DNA of 64,000 nt from Spirochaetia bacterium (GTDB taxonomy: Bacteria; Spirochaetota; Spirochaetia; CADAEX01). Numbering within the stretch: position 1 is the stretch's first letter; every line of letters begins with the position of its first letter. A model generated the notes under the pieces. The model ran no database searches. It was not told where the DNA came from and saw only the letters and a program-made list of their open reading frames with translations. This document shows positions 38,930 to 46,851 of this stretch, piece after piece. The position numbers were made by a program, and so were the translations under genes. Location: assembly GCA_045606105.1 (NCBI GenBank), contig JAZURI010000001.1, forward strand, positions 32,001-96,000, in the 5' to 3' direction.

Positions 38930-40479
38930 ATTCTCGCTCTCCTGATAATATTCTTTGACTTAGGATGATGGTGGTGCCGGCTTACTGCGACTGTACCGGT
39001 ACCGGCTTTTTCGGCTGCCTTGATTGCCAGCCACAAGCCGTCACACAGGTCATCGTATGCGCCCAGCGGAAATTCTGTAAGCTGGGTCTCTATATTGCTG
39101 GTTCCTTTCTCGGGGAACCGTACAAAGCCGTTCTGTATAAGCATGGAGTAGGACCTGATGCGCATCTCCTTTGATGCGCCGCCGGTACCTACTTTTATAA
39201 TAGGAAGATAAACGCTCCGCTCTATGCCCAGCTTCTGGATATAATTGCCATAGATTCCAGAGAACGCCACATCCTCCCATGCTATTGCGCCGAACCGGTA
39301 AGCCCGGTGCAGCATTATCATCTGATCCACAGTCCTCTGCTCGCTGCAGGCTTCTCCGAAACAAGGCAGCACATAGATGATGCCGGTTTCTTTGTCCCTG
39401 GCAATAGGCACCTCTGCAGTACCGTCGTGCTTGCCTGTCGCAGGGTCGACACCCAGGAAGAACCGCAGGTTCCCTTTGGGTGGCAGGCTGCTGTAACGGT
39501 TGGCATCAATCCATTCCTGTTGGATGATACGCTCCTCATCGGCCAGCGGCTCGTTCATATATTCTGTGCTGAACGCTGCGACACCGATGGTCTTCTTTTT
39601 CTCCTCAAGGGATTCCAGATCCCAGTATTCCGGCCACAGTGGTGTGCCGTCTGGGCGTATACATCCCAGGCGCACGGCAATCCACTTGACCAGGGTACCA
39701 GCCTCCAGCTCACGGCAGAGCCTGGATATAGGGTCGTCGTTGTGGAATATGGTGTTGACCCAGATGATGAATGCTTTCTTGCCCAGATTGAATACAACCC
39801 GTTTAAGCCATCGGTATATCTTGTTCCTCTGGGTAGGTGAGTTTACAGCATCATCCTTCAGAAGGTCGTCTGCTACAATCAGATCAGGGCGGTACTGGCG
39901 GTATCTGGTACCTCGCATGGAGGCACCGGAACCTTTAGACTGCAGGCAGGTGCCGTTTGCAAGCTCAAGCCTCTTGTTGGTCCATACTTTTCCCTGGAGC
40001 TGTCCGAAGTCCTCTGCAAGGCGCTCGTTCTCCTCCAGCTCAAGCTTGATATTGTTAAGGTTCTCGCTGGCAGCGTCACCGCTTGCGCCTATAAGAAGCA
40101 CATATCTTGCGCGGCCGGTCAGGACACACCACAGCACATAAGCAAATGACCAGCGGACTGTCTTACCATGCTCTCTCGGCTCGATGAACATGGCTCCTGA
40201 TATCTTTGTGGTTGCCCGGAGCAGCGGCCAGTATTTCTCCCGGACAAAATATCTCAGGTGCTGGGCGTTAGCTGCAGAGAGGCTGCGGCTGTTGGCCACA
40301 TCATATAGCACCTGCTGGTATTCCGCAGGATCCTCAAAGAAGTAGTCTGATAAATAATACTGGCAGAAAAAGCCGAAGTCCTTGGCCGCTTTCTCTTTGC
40401 GCCGCGCAGCTTCAGAGGCTTTTTCAATATCGTTAAAACTGCCATTTAACAGCTCGGCTAATGCCGATTTATCAGCCAT
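38926..40479 (-). CDS. Terminase large subunit
   Basis: PREHGKT, RPDLIVADD, LWPE, F.TEYMNEP, GVDPA, DDLCDG. Confidence 0.92.
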   Translation of the reverse strand: MADKSALAELLNGSFNDIEKASEAARRKEKAAKDFGFFCQYYLSDYFFEDPAEYQQVLYDVANSRSLSAANAQHLRYFVREKYWPLLRATTKISGAMFIEPREHGKTVRWSFAYVLWCVLTGRARYVLLIGASGDAASENLNNIKLELEENERLAEDFGQLQGKVWTNKRLELANGTCLQSKGSGASMRGTRYRQYRPDLIVADDLLKDDAVNSPTQRNKIYRWLKRVVFNLGKKAFIIWVNTIFHNDDPISRLCRELEAGTLVKWIAVRLGCIRPDGTPLWPEYWDLESLEEKKKTIGVAAFSTEYMNEPLADEERIIQQEWIDANRYSSLPPKGNLRFFLGVDPATGKHDGTAEVPIARDKETGIIYVLPCFGEACSEQRTVDQMIMLHRAYRFGAIAWEDVAFSGIYGNYIQKLGIERSVYLPIIKVGTGGASKEMRIRSYSMLIQNGFVRFPEKGTSNIETQLTEFPLGAYDDLCDGLWLAIKAAEKAGTGTVAVSRHHHHPKSKNIIRRARI

Positions 40480-41002
40480 TCTCTTCCTTCGCCCTCATGT
40501 TCTTGACAATCTCTAGAATGGTCTTGAGCACGTCAGGATGCTGGTCTTTCAGCTCCTTGTTGAGCTCGGCTATGAAGTCTGCCTTTGCGGACTCATAGCC
40601 CTTGTTATATTTAAGCCGCTCTGCGGCAAGCTTGGTCTGCGATGTGGCAACCGCTGTAACCAGCTTCGAGATATCGCTGACCGATTTGAGTTCTATGCCG
40701 TCGATGTTCTTGATCTCCGACAGGAACTTGGTGGCGATTACGGCATTGATGGCCTCGATGACCTCGGTGCCGGGATTGTTCTTGATAGCTTCGGTAATGG
40801 CCTTGGCCTCTTCGTAGGCCAGGTTGTAATCTTTGGCAGCCTCTGCAGCGGTCTTGACAGTCCTCCGCACCGCCTCCCTGGATATATCTATGCCGTCCTG
40901 TCTGAGGATGGCCTCAATCTGTTTGCATGTGGTTCCTTTCTTGTAGAGCCTGGTTATGCGCTCGACAAGCCCCAGCAGTTCTGCTTTTGACTTTCTACCC
41001 AT
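40472..41002 (-). CDS. Mu gp27/DUF3486-like terminase small subunit
   Basis: MGRKSK start, HTH-like ISREAVRR, directly upstream of terL. Confidence 0.78.
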   Translation of the reverse strand: MGRKSKAELLGLVERITRLYKKGTTCKQIEAILRQDGIDISREAVRRTVKTAAEAAKDYNLAYEEAKAITEAIKNNPGTEVIEAINAVIATKFLSEIKNIDGIELKSVSDISKLVTAVATSQTKLAAERLKYNKGYESAKADFIAELNKELKDQHPDVLKTILEIVKNMRAKEENG

Positions 41003-41003
41003 A

Positions 41004-41291
41004 TCACGGCTCCGGTACTATTGTGATGCCTGGATCTTCCTTTGTGCCATCTGTGATGTCAATTCCATCCGGTGTGATCCGGTACAGCACAATCTTCTCG
41101 TGCGGTTTGTACGGATGCGGCCGCTCGATTTTCTCCAGATATTTTCTTCCTGCCAGGTATTCCAGGGCTTTCTCTATGTCCCCAACGTGGTGATATTCGA
41201 AGAAGACCCCGATTACAGTCACCTTCTCCACATCGCGGGGATAAATCTCAGCAAGGAAGCTGAGTATCTTGCCTCTTAAAATATTCTTCAT
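41004..41291 (-). CDS. Mu gp26-like winged-HTH protein
   Basis: LRG.IL..L, LEYL, IT.DGID; position before gp27. Confidence 0.6.
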   Translation of the reverse strand: MKNILRGKILSFLAEIYPRDVEKVTVIGVFFEYHHVGDIEKALEYLAGRKYLEKIERPHPYKPHEKIVLYRITPDGIDITDGTKEDPGITIVPEP

Positions 41292-41296
41292 TTATT

Positions 41297-41638
41297 CTAT
41301 CCTTTGTTCATGTATTCCATTATCAGATGACGGATCTCCTTTATCTCCTCGCGCCAGCCACCAAGGTCTTTGTAGTGGTCCTCCTTGGTGACATAGTCGC
41401 GTTCTATTCCGGCGATACGCTCCCTCAGCTCGTCAATCATCTCCTGAAGCTTCTGGTCCCGGCTGTTTGAGGCTTTCTTCACCTCGTCCAGCTCCGACTT
41501 CAGGGCATTGAGCTCGCTCTTCAAGTCCTTGAACTCGCCCTTGATCTCGCGCATGAAAAACCAGATTGCCAGAAGGACTGCCAGGATGGTGGGGACGGCC
41601 CCGAAATCCTTAAAAAGTGTCATGATGAATGTTTCCAT
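41297..41638 (-). CDS. Mu gp25-like membrane/coiled-coil protein
   Basis: N-terminal TM, coiled coil, YVTKED. Confidence 0.55.
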   Translation of the reverse strand: METFIMTLFKDFGAVPTILAVLLAIWFFMREIKGEFKDLKSELNALKSELDEVKKASNSRDQKLQEMIDELRERIAGIERDYVTKEDHYKDLGGWREEIKEIRHLIMEYMNKG

Positions 41639-42009
41639 GCTCTCACTCCTTTATATGTAATACAGCCCAAAAGGCTGATTATGATGCCAGCTCCGACCCC
41701 GGCGGCGAAGAACTTTCCCAGGGGAGCCTTTTCCTGCGGCTCCTTAGCCTCAGCCTTGGTCTTCCAGAACTCCACCTGGGGGGCATATTCCTTGACTCCG
41801 GCCTTGTACCCCTCGGCATAAGCCTCGTCAATGGAAGCCTCAGCCTCTGCGGTCAGGTCATCAACGATCTGATTCACTTCTTCTTCGCTGTATACGTTCT
41901 GCGAGTCTTGCCCTGAAGTCGGCCTTGATACGCTCTCTTGTGCGTATGTGGGCATCAGCATCAGGACTATCAGCAAGCAGCTCATCAGCAGCTTTTTCCT
42001 TGACCTCAA
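41620..42009 (-). CDS. Secreted/membrane protein overlapping the upstream gene (spanin-like position)
   Basis: Signal peptide (TYA-QES), C-terminal TM, no lipobox. Confidence 0.5.
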   Translation of the reverse strand: MRSRKKLLMSCLLIVLMLMPTYAQESVSRPTSGQDSQNVYSEEEVNQIVDDLTAEAEASIDEAYAEGYKAGVKEYAPQVEFWKTKAEAKEPQEKAPLGKFFAAGVGAGIIISLLGCITYKGVRAWKHSS

Positions 42010-42172
42010 TTTCCTTCTCCTTCTTCCTGACCTCGGCTTTCTCCTCCACCACCTTGGCCTTTTCTTTCGCCACCTTGGCAGAGACCTGCTTCCTGCGCAG
42101 CAGGCTTCCTACAGCCAGCCCTCCGAGGAATGCCCCGACCAGCCACTTTATCCAGTCAAGAATCTTTCTCAT
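41861..42172 (-). CDS. Putative i-spanin
   Basis: N-terminal TM then charged coiled coil; follows the holin. Confidence 0.45.
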   Translation of the reverse strand: MRKILDWIKWLVGAFLGGLAVGSLLRRKQVSAKVAKEKAKVVEEKAEVRKKEKEIEVKEKAADELLADSPDADAHIRTRERIKADFRARLAERIQRRRSESDR

Positions 42173-42443
42173 GGTGCAGGAACCTCTTTGCAATAAGCTC
42201 ATAGCCGGACACCGCCAGCATGAATATGACCGCATCCCAGAAAAAAACCTGGTCGGCGGGAATGAAGCCTCCGAACGCCAGCAGGGTGGACATAATTCCG
42301 GCCCATAACGCCGGGAACAGGATTTTGTATCCCTTGAACATATCCCTGCGGTCGAGCTTCTTGATCAGCTCCGAGCCCAGAACTGTGCAGACAACTGCAA
42401 TCAGCACCGGAGCCGGAAGGTAAGATGACAGAACAGATTCCAT
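42156..42443 (-). CDS. Putative holin
   Basis: 95 aa, 3 hydrophobic segments, charged C-terminus, follows the candidate lysin. Confidence 0.55.
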   Translation of the reverse strand: MESVLSSYLPAPVLIAVVCTVLGSELIKKLDRRDMFKGYKILFPALWAGIMSTLLAFGGFIPADQVFFWDAVIFMLAVSGYELIAKRFLHHEKDS

Positions 42444-42451
42444 AATTCCTC

Positions 42452-42979
42452 CTATGCGGTCCTTATGGTGCCGTCAAGGATCTGCCCTTTCTGGACACCT
42501 AGACAAACCAGGGTGTCATTGAAGTCCTCAAGATCCCGGCTTGACAATATGAAGCAGCCGCCTGACCAGGCAAAATTTGTGTCGTTTCCTGTCTTGAAAG
42601 AATAGCGGTCATGTATAAGCCAGCGGCCGTTCTGGAATCCTCCGGCCGTGTTCTGCATGGCATTGTGGTCGACCCACTCGCAGTCCACGTCGAAGGTATT
42701 GATTATGGCATGAATGTGGCCATGGAACAGTCTCGGATCCACGAAACAGCGGACCTGGAATTTCCCGTCGGCTATGGTGTCATGTGTGTCATAGTCTGGA
42801 TGGTTGGCCACGGTCTGGCACTGGTAGGAGCGGATCTTCCGTCCGCCCTTGAGAATAGATATCACATCCAGGGAGTTGTTCTTCCAGTTGTTCGCAAACG
42901 AATTCTTTGTGCTGTCGACCTTATAGAAGAAGGACTCCTTACGTCGCTCAACAAGTATAGATATACTATTATCAATCAT
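42452..42979 (-). CDS. Candidate endolysin, L,D-transpeptidase-like (YkuD/DUF5675-like)
   Basis: First late gene; WLIHD...WSGGCFIL His/Cys motif. Confidence 0.5.
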   Translation of the reverse strand: MIDNSISILVERRKESFFYKVDSTKNSFANNWKNNSLDVISILKGGRKIRSYQCQTVANHPDYDTHDTIADGKFQVRCFVDPRLFHGHIHAIINTFDVDCEWVDHNAMQNTAGGFQNGRWLIHDRYSFKTGNDTNFAWSGGCFILSSRDLEDFNDTLVCLGVQKGQILDGTIRTA

Positions 42980-43033
42980 ACCCGCATATTACATCGCCTG
43001 CAGTGAGCTTGTATATTTGAAGTAGTTCAAAAA
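42980..43033 (-). promoter_or_regulatory. Late promoter of the lysis/packaging arm with activator box
   Basis: TTTTTGAACTACTTCAA-N25-TAATAT-N6-ATG. Confidence 0.75.
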
Positions 43034-43039
43034 GTGACG

Positions 43040-43324
43040 TCAATCGTCATCGTCAGCGAACAGCCACAGCACATCCCGGTTGGGGTCCAGGTGCTCAGGC
43101 GCTGTGATCTTTCTGATCTGCCGGGTGGTGAGGTTGTATCTGCGTGACAATTCACGGTAGGAGGCCCCGGCGGCGAACTCCTCCCGGATCTTCTCATACT
43201 TGTGGTACACGAGGGCATTTTTGGGGAAGTAAACATTCTCGCCCGCGAAGAGCTGGCACAGCTTCATGGCGGCATCCTTGCCCACAGCCGCAATTATCTG
43301 TTCAATCTGCTCGAATTCCCTCAC
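43040..43324 (-). CDS. Mor/C-family transcription activator
   Basis: F.GENVYFP, IREEF..G....ELSRRYNLT.RQIRKI. Confidence 0.85.
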   Translation of the reverse strand: MREFEQIEQIIAAVGKDAAMKLCQLFAGENVYFPKNALVYHKYEKIREEFAAGASYRELSRRYNLTTRQIRKITAPEHLDPNRDVLWLFADDDD

Positions 43325-43734
43325 GCGGGTTCCTCCTTGTTAATGGACATTTGGCGCAGAGCCTCAATGACTTTGGAGGCTTCCCTGCGGTTCAGTTCCC
43401 CCAGGGTCAGGGCATGGGTGATCCTGTTCACAAAGGCATCAAGCGCCTCGGGTGCAGGATTCCTGGCAGTATTCTCCCACAGCGATCTGATATAGCTTTC
43501 CTGTGCTCTTGTTATGAATGAACGGGCAGTACCACCCCTTGACCGCCTGGGCATGAAACCCAGCTTCTTGAAGGCAGCCATAATGCTGTCCACCTGATCT
43601 TCGCTCTTGAGGTCTGCCGCAGATGTGATCCCTGCGCATGAGATAAGCAGCTCTCTGTACTCGTCGTCGGAGAGTCCGCACTGAACCTTCGCAATATGGA
43701 TGGCAGCAATCTTCTGCTTTCTCTTATATATCAT
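43321..43734 (-). CDS. GemA (Mu gp16, DUF1018)-like protein
   Basis: IAAIHIAK...GLSDDEYR.LL, S.ADL, IRSLW, A.KVIEAL. Confidence 0.85.
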   Translation of the reverse strand: MIYKRKQKIAAIHIAKVQCGLSDDEYRELLISCAGITSAADLKSEDQVDSIMAAFKKLGFMPRRSRGGTARSFITRAQESYIRSLWENTARNPAPEALDAFVNRITHALTLGELNRREASKVIEALRQMSINKEEPA

Positions 43735-43795
43735 TCCCCCTCCCCAAAACATGGGGCTGGTGGGATATCCCACCAGTTCCCCTCCCGTGCTGCAT

Positions 43796-44308
43796 TTAAG
43801 CCGTCTTAGCCTTCAGCAGCTCTGCATTGACCTCTTCCTTTTTTGCTTCGCAGAAGAAGTCGTCCTTCACCCGGCGGGCTGCATCCACATTCCGCAGCTG
43901 CTCGTCGTCAAGCTCCGCCATGAGGTCCTTGTTAGGCTCTTCTTTGATCCTGATGTACTTCTCCATGCCCAGCTTATGGAGCAGCTCCACGCAGGTCTTC
44001 TTGCAGGTGATTGATGTGCTCTTGCGGAATCCGAAGATGCCGGAGCTGAGCTCCACGGTCTTCTTGTCCTTGAACAGCTCATCCCTGTTGTACTGAGCAA
44101 ATGCACCGATCATGCTGGAGAGCTCTGCTATGCGTTTACGTTTCTCCTCGCCATCGGCAGCTGCTTTTGCCCGGATGTCTGCAATTCTCTTGTCAGCTGC
44201 CATGTCAATCTTGGCCAGCTCCTTCTCAAGAGTTCCAATCTCCATGAGTGTGGCATCCACATCCTCAAGGCTGGTGAGCTTCTTAAGCTCTGGTTTGATC
44301 CTTGCCAT
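43796..44308 (-). CDS. Mu Gam-like host-nuclease inhibitor
   Basis: KKTVELSSG.FGFR, YIRIKEEPNK, DDFF.E. Confidence 0.82.
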   Translation of the reverse strand: MARIKPELKKLTSLEDVDATLMEIGTLEKELAKIDMAADKRIADIRAKAAADGEEKRKRIAELSSMIGAFAQYNRDELFKDKKTVELSSGIFGFRKSTSITCKKTCVELLHKLGMEKYIRIKEEPNKDLMAELDDEQLRNVDAARRVKDDFFCEAKKEEVNAELLKAKTA

Positions 44309-44545
44309 CTATTTCTCCTTTAAAAAAGTGTTATCCTTGATAAAATCCGCAATCTTACGCACCTCTGTCTGAAGATCGCTTATCTGTTTTCGGGTGTTCT
44401 TGTCCACGGAATACATGAAGGCATCTATCAGTTTTTCCCGGACCAGTGTCAGCTGGTTTTGAAGGTAACATATCCCTTCCTCCTCTAGGTTCAAAAATCG
44501 GGCCGCCTCTCCTGTCCGTTTCAACGGGTTGTATGACTCAGGCAT
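44309..44545 (-). CDS. Hypothetical phage protein
   Basis: Coupled ORF in the early operon with SD. Confidence 0.55.
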   Translation of the reverse strand: MPESYNPLKRTGEAARFLNLEEEGICYLQNQLTLVREKLIDAFMYSVDKNTRKQISDLQTEVRKIADFIKDNTFLKEK

Positions 44546-45203
44546 TATCTTCCTCCTTGTTCTGGTCTTTCTCTACATGGCTGTAGTATTTCTCAATCGC
44601 TTTCTGCATATCCTTGCGCATATTCTCATAGCTGAGCTTGAGAGCAGGGTTCTCTGGAGATGTTATAAAGATATCCACAACCTTGACCGGAACATCTTCG
44701 CCCCGCCGTACAAGCCAGAATGATGACTCGTTGTCATTGATGGACTCAAGCCGGTAGTTGTCAAGCTCCACCTTTGCAAGGGGTGACTTCTTGAACGATT
44801 CTTCCCAGGGAAACGCCACCTGTTCCTCGGCAGCCCCGAGGTTGTAGTGCTTGTGTTCTGTAAGGGCCTGCTGCTCCTTGTTGCATGAAGCGATAGCCTT
44901 GAGAGCTTCGGACACGGTAAGCCCCTGGATTGCCTCCGGATTCGCCCGGAAATGATGGTATATTTTTATGCTGTTGGCGGCATGGCGTTCCGGGATATTG
45001 AGCAGCTGGTAAAAGTCTTTAAGCTTATAACCGTGGGGGGCTTCGTTCCACAGCTCTTCAAGCTTTCTTCCTGCCTCGAAATACAGCTCGACGGCGCTCA
45101 TTATGGCCTCGTGGGCTCTGCCCGTGCATTCCTCCACCTGTGCATACAGGGCAAGGAGCTCCTCCCTGGGGCTTTTTGCCACTTCGTTCTTTCCTTTTTT
45201 CAT
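44538..45203 (-). CDS. Hypothetical phage protein (DUF3102-like N-terminus)
   Basis: ATGA overlap with B; EAG..L...IPER.A. Confidence 0.55.
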   Translation of the reverse strand: MKKGKNEVAKSPREELLALYAQVEECTGRAHEAIMSAVELYFEAGRKLEELWNEAPHGYKLKDFYQLLNIPERHAANSIKIYHHFRANPEAIQGLTVSEALKAIASCNKEQQALTEHKHYNLGAAEEQVAFPWEESFKKSPLAKVELDNYRLESINDNESSFWLVRRGEDVPVKVVDIFITSPENPALKLSYENMRKDMQKAIEKYYSHVEKDQNKEEDNA

Positions 45204-46111
45204 CTGAAGTTCCTCCTTATCACTTTGCTGGCCGCTATCTCGATGATGTCCGGGTCCGGCTCGGTAAGCTTGTTGAGCAGCATTGCGCTCTGGGTCCGCT
45301 CGATTATCCTGGTGAACTGCCGGACATCTGTCCTGGCCACGGAGTAGACCGCATCGAAGCAGTCTTTGTCAAAACTAGGCCATACCGAACGCATGATTGT
45401 CTCGGCATCCTTCTTGGAAAGACCTCCCAGTGGCAGATATACACCTATGCGGCTCTCCAGCTGCCGATGATCTTCCTTCAGATTCTGGATTATATTCTTG
45501 AGTCTGGGCAGGCCTATAAGAACCAGCCCCGACTGCCCCAGGTCATAGACAAGGCGGCGGGTAAACTCAAGCGCATCCGAGCGCAGATAATCTGCCTCGT
45601 CCAGAATGACAACCATGTCCCTGTCATGCAGCGCATCGGCTGTGTTCTTGACCAGAGTCTGGAACTGCACCCTGGCGGTGTCCAAACCAAGCCGGCGGGC
45701 TATCTCCTGAACCATCATCTTCTTGTTCATTCCGGCCACCACCTCGATCAGGATTGTGCTCCGCTCGTTCTCCCTGGCATACCATTTGGCTGCGGTGGAT
45801 TTACCGCTTCCGGCATCGGCCACAATCAAAGCAATATCCTTCTCGGCATGTGCCATTGAAATGGCGTTGACTATGCGGCGCAGGTCGTCAGTCTCCACCA
45901 CGGGGACAGTCTTTCTGGAATGCGCCTGTTCAAGCCTAGCCAGCCATTTGACTATGGCTTCCTCCAGCTTGGTCACATCACCGGCATAGGTGCCGGCCCT
46001 GTAGGAGCTGAGTGCAGCTCCTGAATAGTTCATGTCCTTGGCCGCCCGGTTCTGGCTGATTCTGTACCGGGCCATCGCATCATTAAGCTTTTGCTTTATC
46101 TGCTCGTTCAT
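45200..46111 (-). CDS. MuB-like AAA+ transposition ATPase
   Basis: N-terminal HTH, Walker A DAGSGKS, Walker B ILDEAD, QLESR. Confidence 0.9.
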   Translation of the reverse strand: MNEQIKQKLNDAMARYRISQNRAAKDMNYSGAALSSYRAGTYAGDVTKLEEAIVKWLARLEQAHSRKTVPVVETDDLRRIVNAISMAHAEKDIALIVADAGSGKSTAAKWYARENERSTILIEVVAGMNKKMMVQEIARRLGLDTARVQFQTLVKNTADALHDRDMVVILDEADYLRSDALEFTRRLVYDLGQSGLVLIGLPRLKNIIQNLKEDHRQLESRIGVYLPLGGLSKKDAETIMRSVWPSFDKDCFDAVYSVARTDVRQFTRIIERTQSAMLLNKLTEPDPDIIEIAASKVIRRNFR

Positions 46112-46247
46112 TTTTACTCTCTCTTTTCGGCACAATTATCTCTGCTATCTTGGCGGCAGTTACATTCAACGCCTTCTTTATATATCTCTTGCTTCTGAGT
46201 TTCTTCCTCAGTTCCTCAATTTCCTGCTCTGTTAAACATTCAGTCAT
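46083..46247 (-). CDS. Small basic hypothetical protein
   Basis: ATG overlaps the lipase stop; fills the gap to B. Confidence 0.45.
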   Translation of the reverse strand: MTECLTEQEIEELRKKLRSKRYIKKALNVTAAKIAEIIVPKRESKNERADKAKA

Positions 46248-46851
46248 ACAGTTCTCCCTTGCCATATCCTATGTGGTATTTTTTCACCTTGAAGATCTCA
46301 ATCAGGCTGAAGCGCCTGCCAACCCAGTGGCTGTTCACATGACAGAATCCGGGCAGAGGCGGAGTGTATGGCACAATATCGTTCGGCTGCCGATACTGGA
46401 CAGCACAGCAGCACTGGACTATGTACTCTGCGGTCTTCTTGGAACCACACACCTTAGGAGCTCCGAATGTGAACACATCGGCCTTCCGTCCGGTTCTCCA
46501 GAACAGATCCTCCGCAGCCAGAAGCGCTATTGCGCCGCCCAGGCTCCAGCCCGCAATTATAGGCTTGGCATCAGGATGCTTAAGACATTCCTGGATTATG
46601 TCATGGATCACCTGGTCGTTTCCGGACTTCCACAGCATGCCAAAACCGCCGTGGACAACCATGCAGGAAGTCTGGTTCTTATACAGCTTCCGGGCAAACC
46701 GGAAGTCATTCCAATAGTCCCGCCAGCTCATGCTACCTTGGAAGAGCAGGGCGGGCCGACCCCCGATCTCTGTCACGCAGTAGTCAAGATCAGCTCCAAC
46801 AGTCTTATAATCTGCGTGTTTTATAAGGCTGAAGAGTTCGTTCTGTCTCAT
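46240..46851 (-). CDS. Class 3 lipase-like alpha/beta hydrolase
   Basis: FQGS, VHGGF, GWSLGG nucleophile, TFGAPKV, DIVP, C-terminal H. Confidence 0.85.
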   Translation of the reverse strand: MRQNELFSLIKHADYKTVGADLDYCVTEIGGRPALLFQGSMSWRDYWNDFRFARKLYKNQTSCMVVHGGFGMLWKSGNDQVIHDIIQECLKHPDAKPIIAGWSLGGAIALLAAEDLFWRTGRKADVFTFGAPKVCGSKKTAEYIVQCCCAVQYRQPNDIVPYTPPLPGFCHVNSHWVGRRFSLIEIFKVKKYHIGYGKGELYD

